The notes: a model not told the origin generated them from the letters alone. DNA of 64,000 bases from Candidatus Dadabacteria bacterium (GCA_951812735.1 OX638332.1:18508-82507), one strand, 5' to 3'. Positions 1 to 14,184 are shown, numbered from the stretch's first letter. Numbers and translations: made by a program.

Positions 1-1270
1 CGGTGGACTTTCTTTTTTCCATGTATTCGGCCGGCTCCTCGGAGAGCACTCCGAGCACCCCGCATATCTCCTTTATCTTCTCAAGCGCAAGGGTGGCGCT
101 TTGAGTCTTTCCCACGGAGTCAAGCGACCTGTTGATCGAGCGTATCAGGTCAAAAAGGTTTCCTACCACGTCGGCGGTGTTGAAGTTGTCGTTCATCGAG
201 GAATGAAAATCCTCCTCGAATTTCCTTATCGAACTCTCAAGCCCGAGGTCGGAACCCTTGGCTTCCCGCGCCTCCGCTGCTCTTAGCAGGGTGAGATATA
301 TTCTCTCAAGCGCCGCCTCGCTGTCATACATGCTTTTTTCCGAGAAATCGGCGGGGTTCTGGTAGTGGTGCGAGAGAAAGAAAAGCCTTATGGCCTCGGG
401 GGACCATTTCTTCGTCGCTTCGGAGAGAGTGAAGAAATTCCCCAGGGATTTTGACATCTTTTCCTTGTTTATCCTTATGAGGCCGTTATGAAGCCAGTAC
501 TTTGCAAACGGTTCGCCCGAGGCGGCTTCTGACTGGGCTATTTCGTTTTCGTGGTGCGGGAAAATAAGGTCCTTTCCCCCGCCGTGTATCTCGAAATTTG
601 TTCCCAGGTACTCCATGCTCATAACGGAGCACTCTATGTGCCAGCCGGGTCTTCCGTCTCCCCAGGGGCTTTTCCAGGAGGGTTCGCCGGGTTTTGACTC
701 CTTCCAGAGCGCGAAATCAAGAGGGTCTTCCTTTTCTTCGTTTACGTCTATTCTCACGCCCTCGAGCATGTGATCAAGGGATCTTCTGGAAAGCTTTCCA
801 TAATCGGGGAATTTCCTTACGGAGAAAAAGACATTGTTGCCCGAGCGGTAGGCAAAGCCTTTTTCGATTATCTTCTCTATAAGTGCCGTTATCTGCTCCA
901 GGTGTTCTGTTACGCGGGGCTCGGCGTCGGGAGTCTCAACCCCTATTGAGGCCATATCGTCTTTGTACTCCTTTATGTACTTCTCGGATATCTCCTCGCA
1001 GCTTATCCCTTCCTGATTTGAACGGGTTATTATCTTGTCATCTATGTCGGTGAAGTTTCTCGCGAACAGGACGTCGTAGCCGGCGTATCTCAGAAATCTC
1101 TGTATCACGTCAAAAGACACTGCGGAGCGGGCGTGTCCCAGATGAGCTGAGTCATATACCGTGGGACCGCATACGTACATCCGGATCTTGTCTCCTTCAA
1201 ATGGAACGAGATCTTCTTTTTTCTGCGAGAGAGAATTATAGATTTTTATTCTGGGAGGTTCTTTTTGCAT
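1..1270 (-). CDS. cysS: Cysteine--tRNA ligase (CysS). The C-terminus runs off the window start; the start codon is ATG at 1268-1270.
   Basis: My own minus-strand translation gives [21 protein letters not shown]...[15 protein letters not shown] (HIGH motif) ...KMSKSLGN (KMSKS motif). These are class I aaRS hallmarks with a CysS-like architecture. The gene is missing from the ORF track because the window edge truncates it. Confidence 0.85.
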   Translation of the reverse strand, partial: MQKEPPRIKIYNSLSQKKEDLVPFEGDKIRMYVCGPTVYDSAHLGHARSAVSFDVIQRFLRYAGYDVLFARNFTDIDDKIITRSNQEGISCEEISEKYIKEYKDDMASIGVETPDAEPRVTEHLEQITALIEKIIEKGFAYRSGNNVFFSVRKFPDYGKLSRRSLDHMLEGVRIDVNEEKEDPLDFALWKESKPGEPSWKSPWGDGRPGWHIECSVMSMEYLGTNFEIHGGGKDLIFPHHENEIAQSEAASGEPFAKYWLHNGLIRINKEKMSKSLGNFFTLSEATKKWSPEAIRLFFLSHHYQNPADFSEKSMYDSEAALERIYLTLLRAAEAREAKGSDLGLESSIRKFEEDFHSSMNDNFNTADVVGNLFDLIRSINRSLDSVGKTQSATLALEKIKEICGVLGVLSEEPAEYMEKRKST

Positions 1271-1554
1271 GTTTTCGGGGAGATTGAAACGGGGTTTCTT
1301 TGCCCTGCAGTGTTTTTCGAAAGGAAGATTCTACGTACTCGTTTCCTAAATTCAAGGGTAGAGCGCCTGTGCGCAAGATGGCCGAGAACCTTTTCTCGGA
1401 ATCCGGGGAAAGATTGCGGATTGCTGCTTTGGGTCTAAAGTTTTTTCTTTGGAATGCAAAAAAAGTCCTTGCCAAACCAAAACCGTTCGTTAGTATGATG
1501 GTTCACTCTTTATTTTTCACTTGGAATTTGTTTTATTTTCCTTGTTCTTTTAAG

Positions 1555-1583
1555 TTGACAATTACGTGTGGGTAAGTAAGCTA
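1555..1583 (+). promoter_or_regulatory. Putative sigma70-type rRNA promoter. -35 is TTGACA (1555-1560); a -10-like TAAGCT follows after a 16-nt spacer. An AT-rich UP-like tract lies upstream.
   Basis: TTGACA hexamer about 120 nt upstream of the mature 16S. AT-rich tract at 1505-1550. Called by eye only. Confidence 0.4.
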
Positions 1584-1602
1584 TTTTACCCATTTTGAAA
1601 AC

Positions 1603-1615
1603 TGATCTTTGAAAA
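1603..1615 (+). promoter_or_regulatory. boxA-like antitermination element in the rRNA leader (TGATCTTTGAAAA).
   Basis: Resembles E. coli boxA TGCTCTTTAACAA. A second copy lies in the 16S-23S spacer. Confidence 0.5.
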
Positions 1616-1674
1616 TTTAATAGCAGATGATAGCGGGCGAACTAGAGCAGTATCCGTAAATTCTTTTAAACTTT

Positions 1675-3211
<1,537 letters not shown>

Positions 3212-3290
3212 TTCACGGAGATATCTGTCTTTTTTTCGCTCGCCATCTGCTTTTTATAAAAAAGTATTTTTGCTGCGCTTAAACGCAACG

Positions 3291-3367
<77 letters not shown>

Positions 3368-3371
3368 TCCA

Positions 3372-3444
3372 GGGGGTGTAGCTCAGTTGGGAGAGCGCCT
3401 GCTTTGCAAGCAGGAGGTCGACGGTTCGAGCCCGTTCACCTCCA
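3372..3444 (+). tRNA. tRNA-Ala (anticodon UGC). It has the G3:U70 identity pair, and CCA is not encoded.
   Basis: GGGGGTGTAGCTCAGTTGGGAGAGCGCCTGCTTTGCAAGCAGGAGGTCGACGGTTCGAGCCCGTTCACCTCCA. The acceptor stem pairs GGGGGTG with CACCTCC, with a G3-T70 wobble. Confidence 0.95.
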
Positions 3445-3472
3445 TTAAAAAAAGAATTTCTGAATGCTTTTT

Positions 3473-3485
3473 TGATCTTTGACAA
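3473..3485 (+). promoter_or_regulatory. Spacer boxA-like element (TGATCTTTGACAA).
   Basis: Second copy of the boxA-like motif, between tRNA-Ala and 23S, as in enterobacterial rrn operons. Confidence 0.5.
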
Positions 3486-3535
3486 TTGAATATAACGCTG
3501 AGAAACAGAATTGATCGTGTTGTTAGTATTATCGA
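3485..3535 (+). other. 5' half of the long 23S precursor processing stem (RNase III-type). It pairs with 6510-6559.
   Basis: AATTGAATATAACGCTGAGAAA (3485-3506) is the near-perfect reverse complement of TTTCTCAGCGTTATATTCAGTT (6538-6559). The adjacent GTGTTGTTAGTATTATCGAG also pairs with CTCGATAGCAACACAACAC. Confidence 0.6.
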
Positions 3536-3551
3536 GGATTTTCATGCCTCG

Positions 3552-6500
<2,949 letters not shown>

Positions 6501-6509
6501 GAGGCTTGA

Positions 6510-6559
6510 AAATTCTCGATAGCAACACAACACACAATTTCTCAGCGTTATATTCAGTT
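6510..6559 (+). other. 3' half of the 23S processing stem.
   Basis: Reverse complement of 3485-3535 (see above). Confidence 0.6.
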
Positions 6560-6625
6560 GCCAAGGATTTTTCCCCAAGTTGAAGGCGACTTTTCATAAG
6601 CAATGCTTCCACCTGAAGGTGTTAT

Positions 6626-7048
6626 CTATTGCGTTTCCCAGGGATTTGTGACCTTGACATCCAGTCCGGCAAAATCCTCCGTATTTCGCGTTGCGACCGA
6701 GAGGCAATGAGTTTTGGCCGTTCCCGCAATCAGCGCGTCACCCAGATGCAGCACGCGGCCGGACCTGCGAGCTTGAGACCGGAGTCGCGCTGCCAACTCC
6801 GCTTCTTGTCGGTCCAGCGGCAAAATACGCTTTTCGTATTCTATAATAAATTCTGCCAACAGTTTATCTAATCCATGACGACGCTTTCCCTCGGGAAGCA
6901 ACTGTAGGCCGAATTCCAGTTCATGCAGAACGACCGGCGACAGCCAGAATGAATCCTTCTGTTCAAATATGAATTTCATGACTTCCGGATCCGGGGAATC
7001 TTTGGTCAGTTCCGATATAACGTTGGTGTCAAGAAGATAACCTTTCAT
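6626..7048 (-). CDS. vapC: Type II toxin VapC (PIN-domain ribonuclease).
   Basis: MKGYLLDTNVISEL...D...LHLGDALIAGTA. The acidic PIN residues sit in canonical positions. Its start overlaps the upstream antitoxin stop by 4 bp. Confidence 0.85.
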   Translation of the reverse strand: MKGYLLDTNVISELTKDSPDPEVMKFIFEQKDSFWLSPVVLHELEFGLQLLPEGKRRHGLDKLLAEFIIEYEKRILPLDRQEAELAARLRSQARRSGRVLHLGDALIAGTAKTHCLSVATRNTEDFAGLDVKVTNPWETQ

Positions 7049-7326
7049 TCAAGATCATTCTCATCAATGAACGGGATTTCGCGTCCAGGTTCGCGACGGT
7101 CGGGGACCGGGAGGTTTGTCCCCCTCGGCATATTTTCGAGTAACCACTGCCCCATAGGCTTTTTAGATGACTCTTTGACCTGCCACAAGTCGGAGGGTAC
7201 AAGAATGAAGGACCTCCGTACTCCAATACGCTGAGGGCCCTCTGTCTCGGCAAGCCTCAGTATTTCGGAGAGTTTTGCCTTGGCCTCGGAGACGGTCCAA
7301 ACGCGCTGAGTTTTAGAAACGTTCAT
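7045..7326 (-). CDS. vapB: Type II antitoxin (VapB/Phd-YefM-like) paired with VapC.
   Basis: 93 aa. Lies upstream of vapC and is translationally coupled to it. The N-terminus, WTVSEAKAKLSEILRLAE, is typical of Phd/YefM antitoxins. Confidence 0.7.
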   Translation of the reverse strand: MNVSKTQRVWTVSEAKAKLSEILRLAETEGPQRIGVRRSFILVPSDLWQVKESSKKPMGQWLLENMPRGTNLPVPDRREPGREIPFIDENDLE

Positions 7327-7346
7327 GGTAGCAACTCCTCCAGATA

Positions 7347-7385
7347 ATATATACTAGTCTAGTGTAGTCTATTATATATACTAGG
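7347..7385. promoter_or_regulatory. Two 11-bp direct repeats (ATATATACTAG, with 16 nt between them) in the vapB/rmuC divergent promoter region. Candidate VapB operator.
   Basis: Repeats at 7347-7357 and 7374-7384. A TATAAT lies at about 7410 upstream of rmuC. Confidence 0.3.
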
Positions 7386-7427
7386 TTTTTATTATCAACC
7401 CCGATCATTTATAATATTAAGCCTGTC

Positions 7428-8909
7428 ATGAATATCTCCGACCTGCTTACCCATCTGGGAGCAATGGCGATTACGGCCTTTGCGTTGTTCTACTACCTGA
7501 CCAGGGAAAAAAGCGGGCGAGAGTCCGCCGAAACCGAGTTATCCATTATCAGAACCGAACTGCAGGAATCAAGGAGTAGAGGCACCTCGCTGGAAGAGGA
7601 GCTTAAAAGTTCGGCTAAGCTTGTAAGCACCCTTAATTCCGAAAAAGCCTTCCTTGAATCTGGCATAAAGGAAAAGGCGACCGCTCTTGCGGACCGTGAT
7701 TCCAGAATTTCCGGGTTCGAAAAGCAGATCAGGGACCTAAATTCCCAGCTTACGGAGAAAGAAAGCCTTCTTTCAAGGCTCAATACGACCATAGAGCAGG
7801 AAAGAAAGAGTTTCGAGGAAAAACTGGCCATCCTGGATGAGGCGAAAAAAAGACTCGGTGATGAGTTTGAGAACCTCGGGAACAGGATTTTCGAGGATAC
7901 GACCAAGAAATTCACCGATAAAAACAAGTCGGATATGGAAACCCTTCTAAATCCCCTCCGCGAGCAGATAAAGGATTTTGAGAAGAAAGTCACCGATACC
8001 CACACTGAGGCGAGCACCGACAGGGCCTCCCTCAAGGTTCACATAGAGAATCTTAAGAACCTTGGGGAACAGATGAGTCGCGAAGCCGTTAATCTCACTA
8101 CGGCCCTGAAGGGAGAATCGCAGACCCAGGGCGCCTGGGGGGAAATAGTGCTTGAGAGGGCGCTTGAGATGTCGGGTTTATCCGAGGGCAAGGAATATCA
8201 CTCCCAGCTGAGCTATAAGGGAGGTGACGGCAATACCCTGAGACCTGACGTGATTGTTCATCTTCCCGAGGGCAAAGACGTTATAATCGATTCCAAGGTT
8301 TCACTTACGGCTTATGAAAAGTACGTGTCCTGCGAGGATGAGGATGAGAAAAAAGATTATCTCAGGCAACATCTTCTCTCGTTTCGAAACCACATAAGGG
8401 AGCTTAGCTCCAAGGGATATCAGGATATTCCCGGGATCACGAGTCTTAACTACGTTTTGATGTTCGTTCCGCTTGAATCCGCTTTCATGCTGGCCATAGA
8501 GACTGAGAGTGATCTTTACTCGGAGGCTTTCGAGAAGAATGTGATAATAGTCTGTCCCTCGACTCTTCTCGCGACGCTGAGAACCATACACAGCATCTGG
8601 CAGTTTGAGTACCAGAACGCGAACACCAGGGAAATAGCCGAAAGCGCCGGGAGGATGTACGACAAGTTCGTGACTTTTGTTGACCACCTCGAAGAAGTCG
8701 GAAAGCGGATAGAACAGTCCGATCAGGCTTACCAGAAGGCGATGGGCAGCCTTCGCGACGGGAAGGGCAACCTGGTAAAAAGAGCTTTGGATCTCAAGCA
8801 GTTGGGAATAAAGACCTCAAAAGAACTTGACCCGGATATCTCGGAGAGATCCGGGCTCTCGGGACATCCGGTTTCTTGCGGCGAAGAGGCGGAAGACGGG
8901 TTGTCGTGA
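7428..8909 (+). CDS. rmuC: DNA recombination protein RmuC.
   Basis: N-terminal TM helix, long coiled-coil, and a C-terminal RmuC domain (...GAWGEIVLERALEMSGL...DVIVHLPEGKDVIIDSK...). Confidence 0.8.
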   Translation: MNISDLLTHLGAMAITAFALFYYLTREKSGRESAETELSIIRTELQESRSRGTSLEEELKSSAKLVSTLNSEKAFLESGIKEKATALADRDSRISGFEKQIRDLNSQLTEKESLLSRLNTTIEQERKSFEEKLAILDEAKKRLGDEFENLGNRIFEDTTKKFTDKNKSDMETLLNPLREQIKDFEKKVTDTHTEASTDRASLKVHIENLKNLGEQMSREAVNLTTALKGESQTQGAWGEIVLERALEMSGLSEGKEYHSQLSYKGGDGNTLRPDVIVHLPEGKDVIIDSKVSLTAYEKYVSCEDEDEKKDYLRQHLLSFRNHIRELSSKGYQDIPGITSLNYVLMFVPLESAFMLAIETESDLYSEAFEKNVIIVCPSTLLATLRTIHSIWQFEYQNANTREIAESAGRMYDKFVTFVDHLEEVGKRIEQSDQAYQKAMGSLRDGKGNLVKRALDLKQLGIKTSKELDPDISERSGLSGHPVSCGEEAEDGLS

Positions 8910-8987
8910 TCCGTCGGATTTAGGAAAAGGAGGGGAAATCGTGTACGATTCCACCCTTAATTTCCATATCTAAAGGAGTGAAGCAGA

Positions 8988-9788
8988 TTGTTTGAAAATT
9001 CTCTTAAGGGCAGTTGGGCGCTCGTGCTCGGTTCTTCAAGCGGCTTTGGGGAGGCATGCAGTCTCGAGCTTGCGCGCCGTGGAATGAATATTTTCGGCGT
9101 ACACCTTGACCGAAGGGGCACCATGGCGAAGGTAGAGGGCATAGTGGAGGAGATAAAAAGCACGGGAAGCGAGGTCAAGTTCTACAACGTAAACGTGGCC
9201 GACGCCGAGAAAAGGCAGGAAGTTATCGCGGATGTAAAAGACGTGGTGCAACAAGACGGTTCCCAGGTAAAGGTAATGATACACTCCGTAGCTTTCGGGA
9301 CGCTCAAGCACTATATTGCGGATGAACGCAAAGACGTTCTTAGCACCAGGAACATCGACATGACGCTTGATGTAATGGCCCACAGCATCGTTTACTGGGC
9401 GCAGGATCTTGTTATGGAGGGATTGATGGGCGAGGGCGGAAGAATATTCGCCATGACGAGTGCGGGGAGCCACCAGGTCTGGCCCACATACGGCGCGGTG
9501 TCGGCCGCCAAGGCGGCCATAGAGGCCCACATACGGCAGCTTGCCGTTGAGCTCGCGCCCCGCGGAATTACCGCAAACTCAATAATGGCCGGGGTAACGG
9601 ACACTCCGGCGCTGAGAAAGATCCCGGGAAACGACAAGCTGATCGACTACGCTCTCAGGGCAAATCCTTCGGGAAGACTGACTACCACCGAAGACGTTGC
9701 AAAGGCCATCGCGCTGCTCTCCCTTGACGAGGCCTCCTGGGTCACGGGTAACGTTATAGGGGTTGACGGCGGGGAAGACCTTGTTTAA
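8988..9788 (+). CDS. fabL: FabL-type enoyl-[ACP] reductase (SDR family).
   Basis: GSSSGFG dinucleotide motif. Y-x6-K catalytic spacing (YGAVSAAK), which is the FabI/FabL type rather than the classic Y-x3-K. The C-terminal half aligns with B. subtilis FabL from memory. Confidence 0.65.
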   Translation: MFENSLKGSWALVLGSSSGFGEACSLELARRGMNIFGVHLDRRGTMAKVEGIVEEIKSTGSEVKFYNVNVADAEKRQEVIADVKDVVQQDGSQVKVMIHSVAFGTLKHYIADERKDVLSTRNIDMTLDVMAHSIVYWAQDLVMEGLMGEGGRIFAMTSAGSHQVWPTYGAVSAAKAAIEAHIRQLAVELAPRGITANSIMAGVTDTPALRKIPGNDKLIDYALRANPSGRLTTTEDVAKAIALLSLDEASWVTGNVIGVDGGEDLV

Positions 9789-9797
9789 TGGGTCTGC

Positions 9798-10241
9798 TTG
9801 GTATACAATTCAAAAATCATGTTAAGTTATCGCAGAAGCACGGATATTGACCTAGGAATTTTTCTGCTCAGAGTGGGTTTCGGCTTCTCAATGCTGATTT
9901 TCCACGGCTACGGAAAGCTGATCGGGGGGCCCGAAAAATGGGCTAAAGTCGGAGGGTCATTGCAGACTTTCGGTATTGATTTTTTCCCGGTTTTCTTTGG
10001 TTTTATGGCGGCTTTTGCCGAGTTTTTCTGCTCGGCCTTCATAATCGCGGGAATTTTCTTTATGCCCGCGACTTTTCTTCTGTGCGTTAACATGATCGTG
10101 GCGGTTCTCTTCCACCTGTATCTTCCGGAAGAGTCATCTGCAGCGGGATGGCAAGGGGCTTCAAACGCGATTGAATATCTTTTCGCCTACGTGGTGTTGA
10201 TGATTACCGGTCCCGGAAGGTACAAGATAAACCTGGGCTGA
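9798..10241 (+). CDS. DoxX-family membrane protein.
   Basis: About 140 aa with 4 TM helices. DoxX-like pattern ...LLRVGFGFSMLIFHGYGKL... Confidence 0.65.
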   Translation: MVYNSKIMLSYRRSTDIDLGIFLLRVGFGFSMLIFHGYGKLIGGPEKWAKVGGSLQTFGIDFFPVFFGFMAAFAEFFCSAFIIAGIFFMPATFLLCVNMIVAVLFHLYLPEESSAAGWQGASNAIEYLFAYVVLMITGPGRYKINLG

Positions 10242-10303
10242 CGGTCTTCGTTGGTTTTTTCATCCAAACAACCTTTGGATTTTTAGAAGCGTAAGCTATA
10301 ACC

Positions 10304-11539
10304 ATGTCCAAAAACAGTAGAATCAGGTCCCTTATCTTATTTGCAGCTACAATGTCAGCCGCTTTGTTGCTGTCCGGCTGCCAGACTCTTAATTGGAACG
10401 AAAAATGGCAAAGCAACTTTATTGATCAAATGGCTGTGGCCAGAGACAGTCAGATGCTTAAAAACCTGGTGCGCATGCGCTATGGAACACCGCCTGTATT
10501 TACAACTGTTGGAACGGTAACGGAAAAATACAAACAGGCACCGAGTCAAGTTTCATTAACCGGCGCGGTAACCAGCGTCCTTGGTTCCTCAGTAGATGAT
10601 AGCGCGAAAAGCGAAAATAACCTCTTAGGGCAGGTGGGAATAGGTGGCACCCGTGAAACTACCCTTCAATACAGTCCGCTTGTCGGCAAGGAACTGAATG
10701 AGACCATGAATCAACGTTTGGGACTGGGGACGGTATTTTATCTTACCCAGTCGGGGTTTTCGATAGAACGCGTTTTGGCAATAACGGTTGAGCGTTTTGG
10801 CCCTGCGTTAAATGCCCCGTTTGCATCCGGACCTACCCCGGATTATTTGCCAAGTCAGGAAGAATTCAACAGATACGAAGCTATACTTGCCGCATTAAAA
10901 GATTTGAGACAACAAAATAAAATAAGATTTCTCAATGCCAGCCCTGATGAGATCTGTCCCTCTCCCGAAAACAAGAAAGAAGAATCACCGAAAGAATTAA
11001 TAGCCTGCTTTTTGGATGGCGACTTCGACTGCTCGTGCGAAAACAATAATGACCCGCAATGGAAAAAGTTGACGGACCTTTTGGAGGTTGAAGATGGAAG
11101 AGGAATTTTAATACTGACCGACTCTGAAACCAGGATCAGTTCCGAAATAAAAGTGAGAACCCGTTCATTGTTCGGAATAATGCATTATCTGTCGCAGAAC
11201 GTAAAAGTACCCGATAGGGACAGGGAAATAGTCAAAATTTCAAAGATCAGCAACAGTGAAGGTTGCAGTAAAGAAGGCGAAAAGCGAGATGGTTGGGACT
11301 GCAGTCCCGCTGGACAGCGATTCGAAGTCATGTCAAGCGATACGCGACCTCAGCTGATTTGTTCAAGTCCCCGAACTGATGGAGACTGTGCTTCGGTCGT
11401 TGCCAGACATAACGGTCACTGGTTTTACATCGACGCCAAGGACCATAGCAGTAAAGCAACTTTCGCGCTGCTGACAAAGTTATTTGAGATACAAATCTCT
11501 GGCAGGGAAACGAATCAAGGCATTTTTCTTGTTCAGTAA
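10304..11539 (+). CDS. Hypothetical lipoprotein, Cys-rich in its C-terminal half. The gene is AT-rich.
   Basis: Signal peptide plus lipobox LLSGC. No recognisable catalytic motif. Codon usage and GC look unlike the neighbouring genes. Confidence 0.55.
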   Translation: MSKNSRIRSLILFAATMSAALLLSGCQTLNWNEKWQSNFIDQMAVARDSQMLKNLVRMRYGTPPVFTTVGTVTEKYKQAPSQVSLTGAVTSVLGSSVDDSAKSENNLLGQVGIGGTRETTLQYSPLVGKELNETMNQRLGLGTVFYLTQSGFSIERVLAITVERFGPALNAPFASGPTPDYLPSQEEFNRYEAILAALKDLRQQNKIRFLNASPDEICPSPENKKEESPKELIACFLDGDFDCSCENNNDPQWKKLTDLLEVEDGRGILILTDSETRISSEIKVRTRSLFGIMHYLSQNVKVPDRDREIVKISKISNSEGCSKEGEKRDGWDCSPAGQRFEVMSSDTRPQLICSSPRTDGDCASVVARHNGHWFYIDAKDHSSKATFALLTKLFEIQISGRETNQGIFLVQ

Positions 11540-11652
11540 CCTTACCCACTTGAGCAGAAAGATATGGGGGTTCATGTAAAGCGGAGTCAGGGCAGTAAGG
11601 AGATCAGGAATCGGCAAGCTCCGCTCTGGGTAAAGAAAGCTTCAGCGACGCG

Positions 11653-14184
11653 TTACCAGGTGTCGTCTGGTACCTTTTCGAGGTTTGTTTTTATTACCCG
11701 AAGAAAATTCATTCCCATTATTTTCTCCACGATCCCAGCGGGATATCCTTTACCGAGAAGATACTCAGAGAGTGCGGGAAGTTCGGATATGTGCCTCATC
11801 TCCTCGGGGAAATCTTTTATGGGTGCCCCGTCCATGTCGGTTCCCACTCCCACGTGATCTTCGCCGCAGACGCTTATAATGTGGTCTATATGGGCGTATA
11901 TATCCTCCAGGGTGGCCAAACCTTCTGCCTGCCTTAGAAATTTTCCGTAGAAAACGACCCCGATCACCCCGCCTCTTTCGGAAATGGCGCGAAGCTGCTC
12001 GTCACGAAGATTTCGGGGGTGGTCCACAAGGGCTCTTGAATTCGAGTGGGTCGCGATGGGTATGAGCTCGGTGAGTTCCACGCTTTCCCAGAAACATTTT
12101 TCGTTCAGGTGGGAGAGATCAAGCGTGATGCCCAGGGCGTTCATCTGCCGTAGAAGCTCCTTTCCCTGCGAGGAGAGTCCCTTTTTGCTTTCGGGCCCGG
12201 ACGCGTAGATGTTCCTGTTGTTCCAGGAGAGTCCGACCGCCCGAACACCTCTTTTTTGGTATTCGAGAAGATGTTCCGGGTTCGATACGGGGTCCGCTCC
12301 CTCCATGAGAGTGAAAAACCCGATTTTCTCCCCTTCGCTCAGCGTGTCTATGTCCCTTCTGTGTTTTATCTGAAAGACGCTTTCTGAGTGCTCCCGGTAT
12401 ATGTCATCGTATACGTCAAGCTGGGCCATGGCCTCCGCTACTGATCCCCCGGGTTTATGCTTTGGGTGAATGAAGATGGTATTGAAAACGACCCTTGCCC
12501 CGCTCTGTTTGAGGCCGGGCAGGGTTATCATGCAGGGAACCTCGGGATTCTCAAAATCCCTTTTGTAGTGGCGTATGTGAAAGGCTATGTCCTGGTGGGC
12601 GTCGATGGTGAAAAAAGTTGTCGAGGCAGGAGTTCCCCATCCTCCTCCTCCCGGAGTCTCGATCTTCACAGCTTCTCCGGCCTTTACAGAAATAGAGCAT
12701 TTCGCGGGCAGTTTTTTCTCTTCTCCACCCGACACAAGAGTGTTCTGCCCGCTCTTTCCGTCTTTTCCTCCCCGGGCTCCCCAGGGCCGTTTCTCCCTTC
12801 TCTCGGTTATAAGGGAAACATGGGAGTCCTCAAGGAACCTGTACTGTCTTACGATTCCATCCCCGCCCGGGAACCTGCCTTCTCCTCCGGACCCCTTTCT
12901 TACGGAGTACGATTCCACCATTACGGGTAGTTCCCTCTCGATCGCCTCAACCGGGGTATTAAGCGTGTTTGTCATGTGCGTGTGCACGGCGTTTGCTCCT
13001 TTTGCGTCTGAGCGCCCTCCCATTCCGCCGGCTATGGTTTCGTAGTAGGCGTAGGAGGAGTCAGGAGGGGTATTCTCCGGAGAACCGAACGCCAGATTGC
13101 TCATTGTTCCAGCGCTTGCCGCCTGTATAGTTTCCGGGATTGCCTGTGCGAGCGCTCCGAACACCACGTCAACTACCCTCTGGGACGTCTCGACGTTCCC
13201 GCCGACAACCGCGCTTGGGTATCGGGCGTTCAGAATGGAGTCCTCATCGACTTTGATTTCAATGGGCCTGAGCGTCCCAGAGTTAAGGGGCGTGTCTTCG
13301 CCCGAGAGGCACTGAAAACAGTAAAGAACCGCGGAGGTAGTCACGCTCAGGGGAGTGTTAAGACATCCCCTGACCTTTTTAGAACTTCCCCTGAAATCCA
13401 CGGTTGCGCCGCCCCCGTCTATTTTTATTCTTACCTTTATGGGTATGTCCCTTGTTCCCGCTCCGTCGTCTTCAAGATAGTCGGAGAAGACGTAATCGCC
13501 GTCCGGTATTTTCCCTATGGCTTTTTTCATAAGCCTCTCCCCGTAGTCAAGAAGCGCTGAAGCCGCAAGGTTTATTTTCTCTAGAGAATGCTTTTCAAGA
13601 AGTTCGCGCATCCTTTTCTCCCCGGTGTCAAGCGAGGCTATCTGCGCCCGAAGGTCCCCCTCTCTTTCCTCATGATCCCTGGTTGAGAGAATTATTTCCT
13701 GTAGCAGGGTCTCACGCAGAACTCCCTCTTCACGTATCCGCGTCGGAGGTATTATAATCCCCTCTTCGTGTATCGTTGTTGAAAGCGGCATGGATCCGGG
13801 GGTGGTGCCTCCTATGTCAGCGTGGTGGGCGCGCGAGGCGAGCAGAAACTCGGGGTTGCCGTCAACGAACACTGGCGCTATGCACGTTACGTCCGGCAGA
13901 TGCGTTCCGCCGCGAAACGGATCGTTAAGAATGAAAATGTCTCCCGGGGAGAGGTTCTCCGTCGCTACCGATCTCGCGGCAAACGACATTGATCCTAGGT
14001 GTATGGGTATATGGGCAGCTTGGGCGATCATATCCCCGTCTGAGTTGAATATGGCGCAGGAGAGGTCCCTTCTTTCCTTTATGTTCGGAGAGAATCCGGC
14101 TCTTATCAGGACCGAGCCCATCTCCTCGGCGATTGTTCCGAGAAGGTTGTTGAAAATCTCGAGTTCAAAGAGTTTGAGTTCCAT
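11653..14184 (-). CDS. Fusion protein. N-terminal hydantoinase B/5-oxoprolinase B-subunit domain (HyuB, aa 1 to about 522). C-terminal M19 membrane/renal dipeptidase domain (aa about 523 to 843).
   Basis: HyuB hallmarks: FSPNIKERRDLSCAIF, HIPIHLGSM, GGGGWG. M19 hallmarks: TIDAHQD, DLSH, ATHSNSRAL, GVGTDMDG. It is a single uninterrupted ORF in the track. Confidence 0.8.
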   Translation of the reverse strand: MELKLFELEIFNNLLGTIAEEMGSVLIRAGFSPNIKERRDLSCAIFNSDGDMIAQAAHIPIHLGSMSFAARSVATENLSPGDIFILNDPFRGGTHLPDVTCIAPVFVDGNPEFLLASRAHHADIGGTTPGSMPLSTTIHEEGIIIPPTRIREEGVLRETLLQEIILSTRDHEEREGDLRAQIASLDTGEKRMRELLEKHSLEKINLAASALLDYGERLMKKAIGKIPDGDYVFSDYLEDDGAGTRDIPIKVRIKIDGGGATVDFRGSSKKVRGCLNTPLSVTTSAVLYCFQCLSGEDTPLNSGTLRPIEIKVDEDSILNARYPSAVVGGNVETSQRVVDVVFGALAQAIPETIQAASAGTMSNLAFGSPENTPPDSSYAYYETIAGGMGGRSDAKGANAVHTHMTNTLNTPVEAIERELPVMVESYSVRKGSGGEGRFPGGDGIVRQYRFLEDSHVSLITERREKRPWGARGGKDGKSGQNTLVSGGEEKKLPAKCSISVKAGEAVKIETPGGGGWGTPASTTFFTIDAHQDIAFHIRHYKRDFENPEVPCMITLPGLKQSGARVVFNTIFIHPKHKPGGSVAEAMAQLDVYDDIYREHSESVFQIKHRRDIDTLSEGEKIGFFTLMEGADPVSNPEHLLEYQKRGVRAVGLSWNNRNIYASGPESKKGLSSQGKELLRQMNALGITLDLSHLNEKCFWESVELTELIPIATHSNSRALVDHPRNLRDEQLRAISERGGVIGVVFYGKFLRQAEGLATLEDIYAHIDHIISVCGEDHVGVGTDMDGAPIKDFPEEMRHISELPALSEYLLGKGYPAGIVEKIMGMNFLRVIKTNLEKVPDDTW

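Noticed and set aside
1300-1575. 91-aa ORF in the rRNA leader.
   Set aside because: It overlaps the rRNA promoter/UP region and the leader. It has no Shine-Dalgarno and is compositionally odd. Spurious.
7493-8035. 180-aa ORF antisense to rmuC. There are similar antisense ORFs inside hyuB (12457-13045), sucD (14707-15186), the decarboxylase (25039-25927), addA (51404-52099) and others.
   Set aside because: Each is fully embedded antisense in a well-supported gene, is low-complexity (Ser/Arg/Pro-rich), and has no independent signals.
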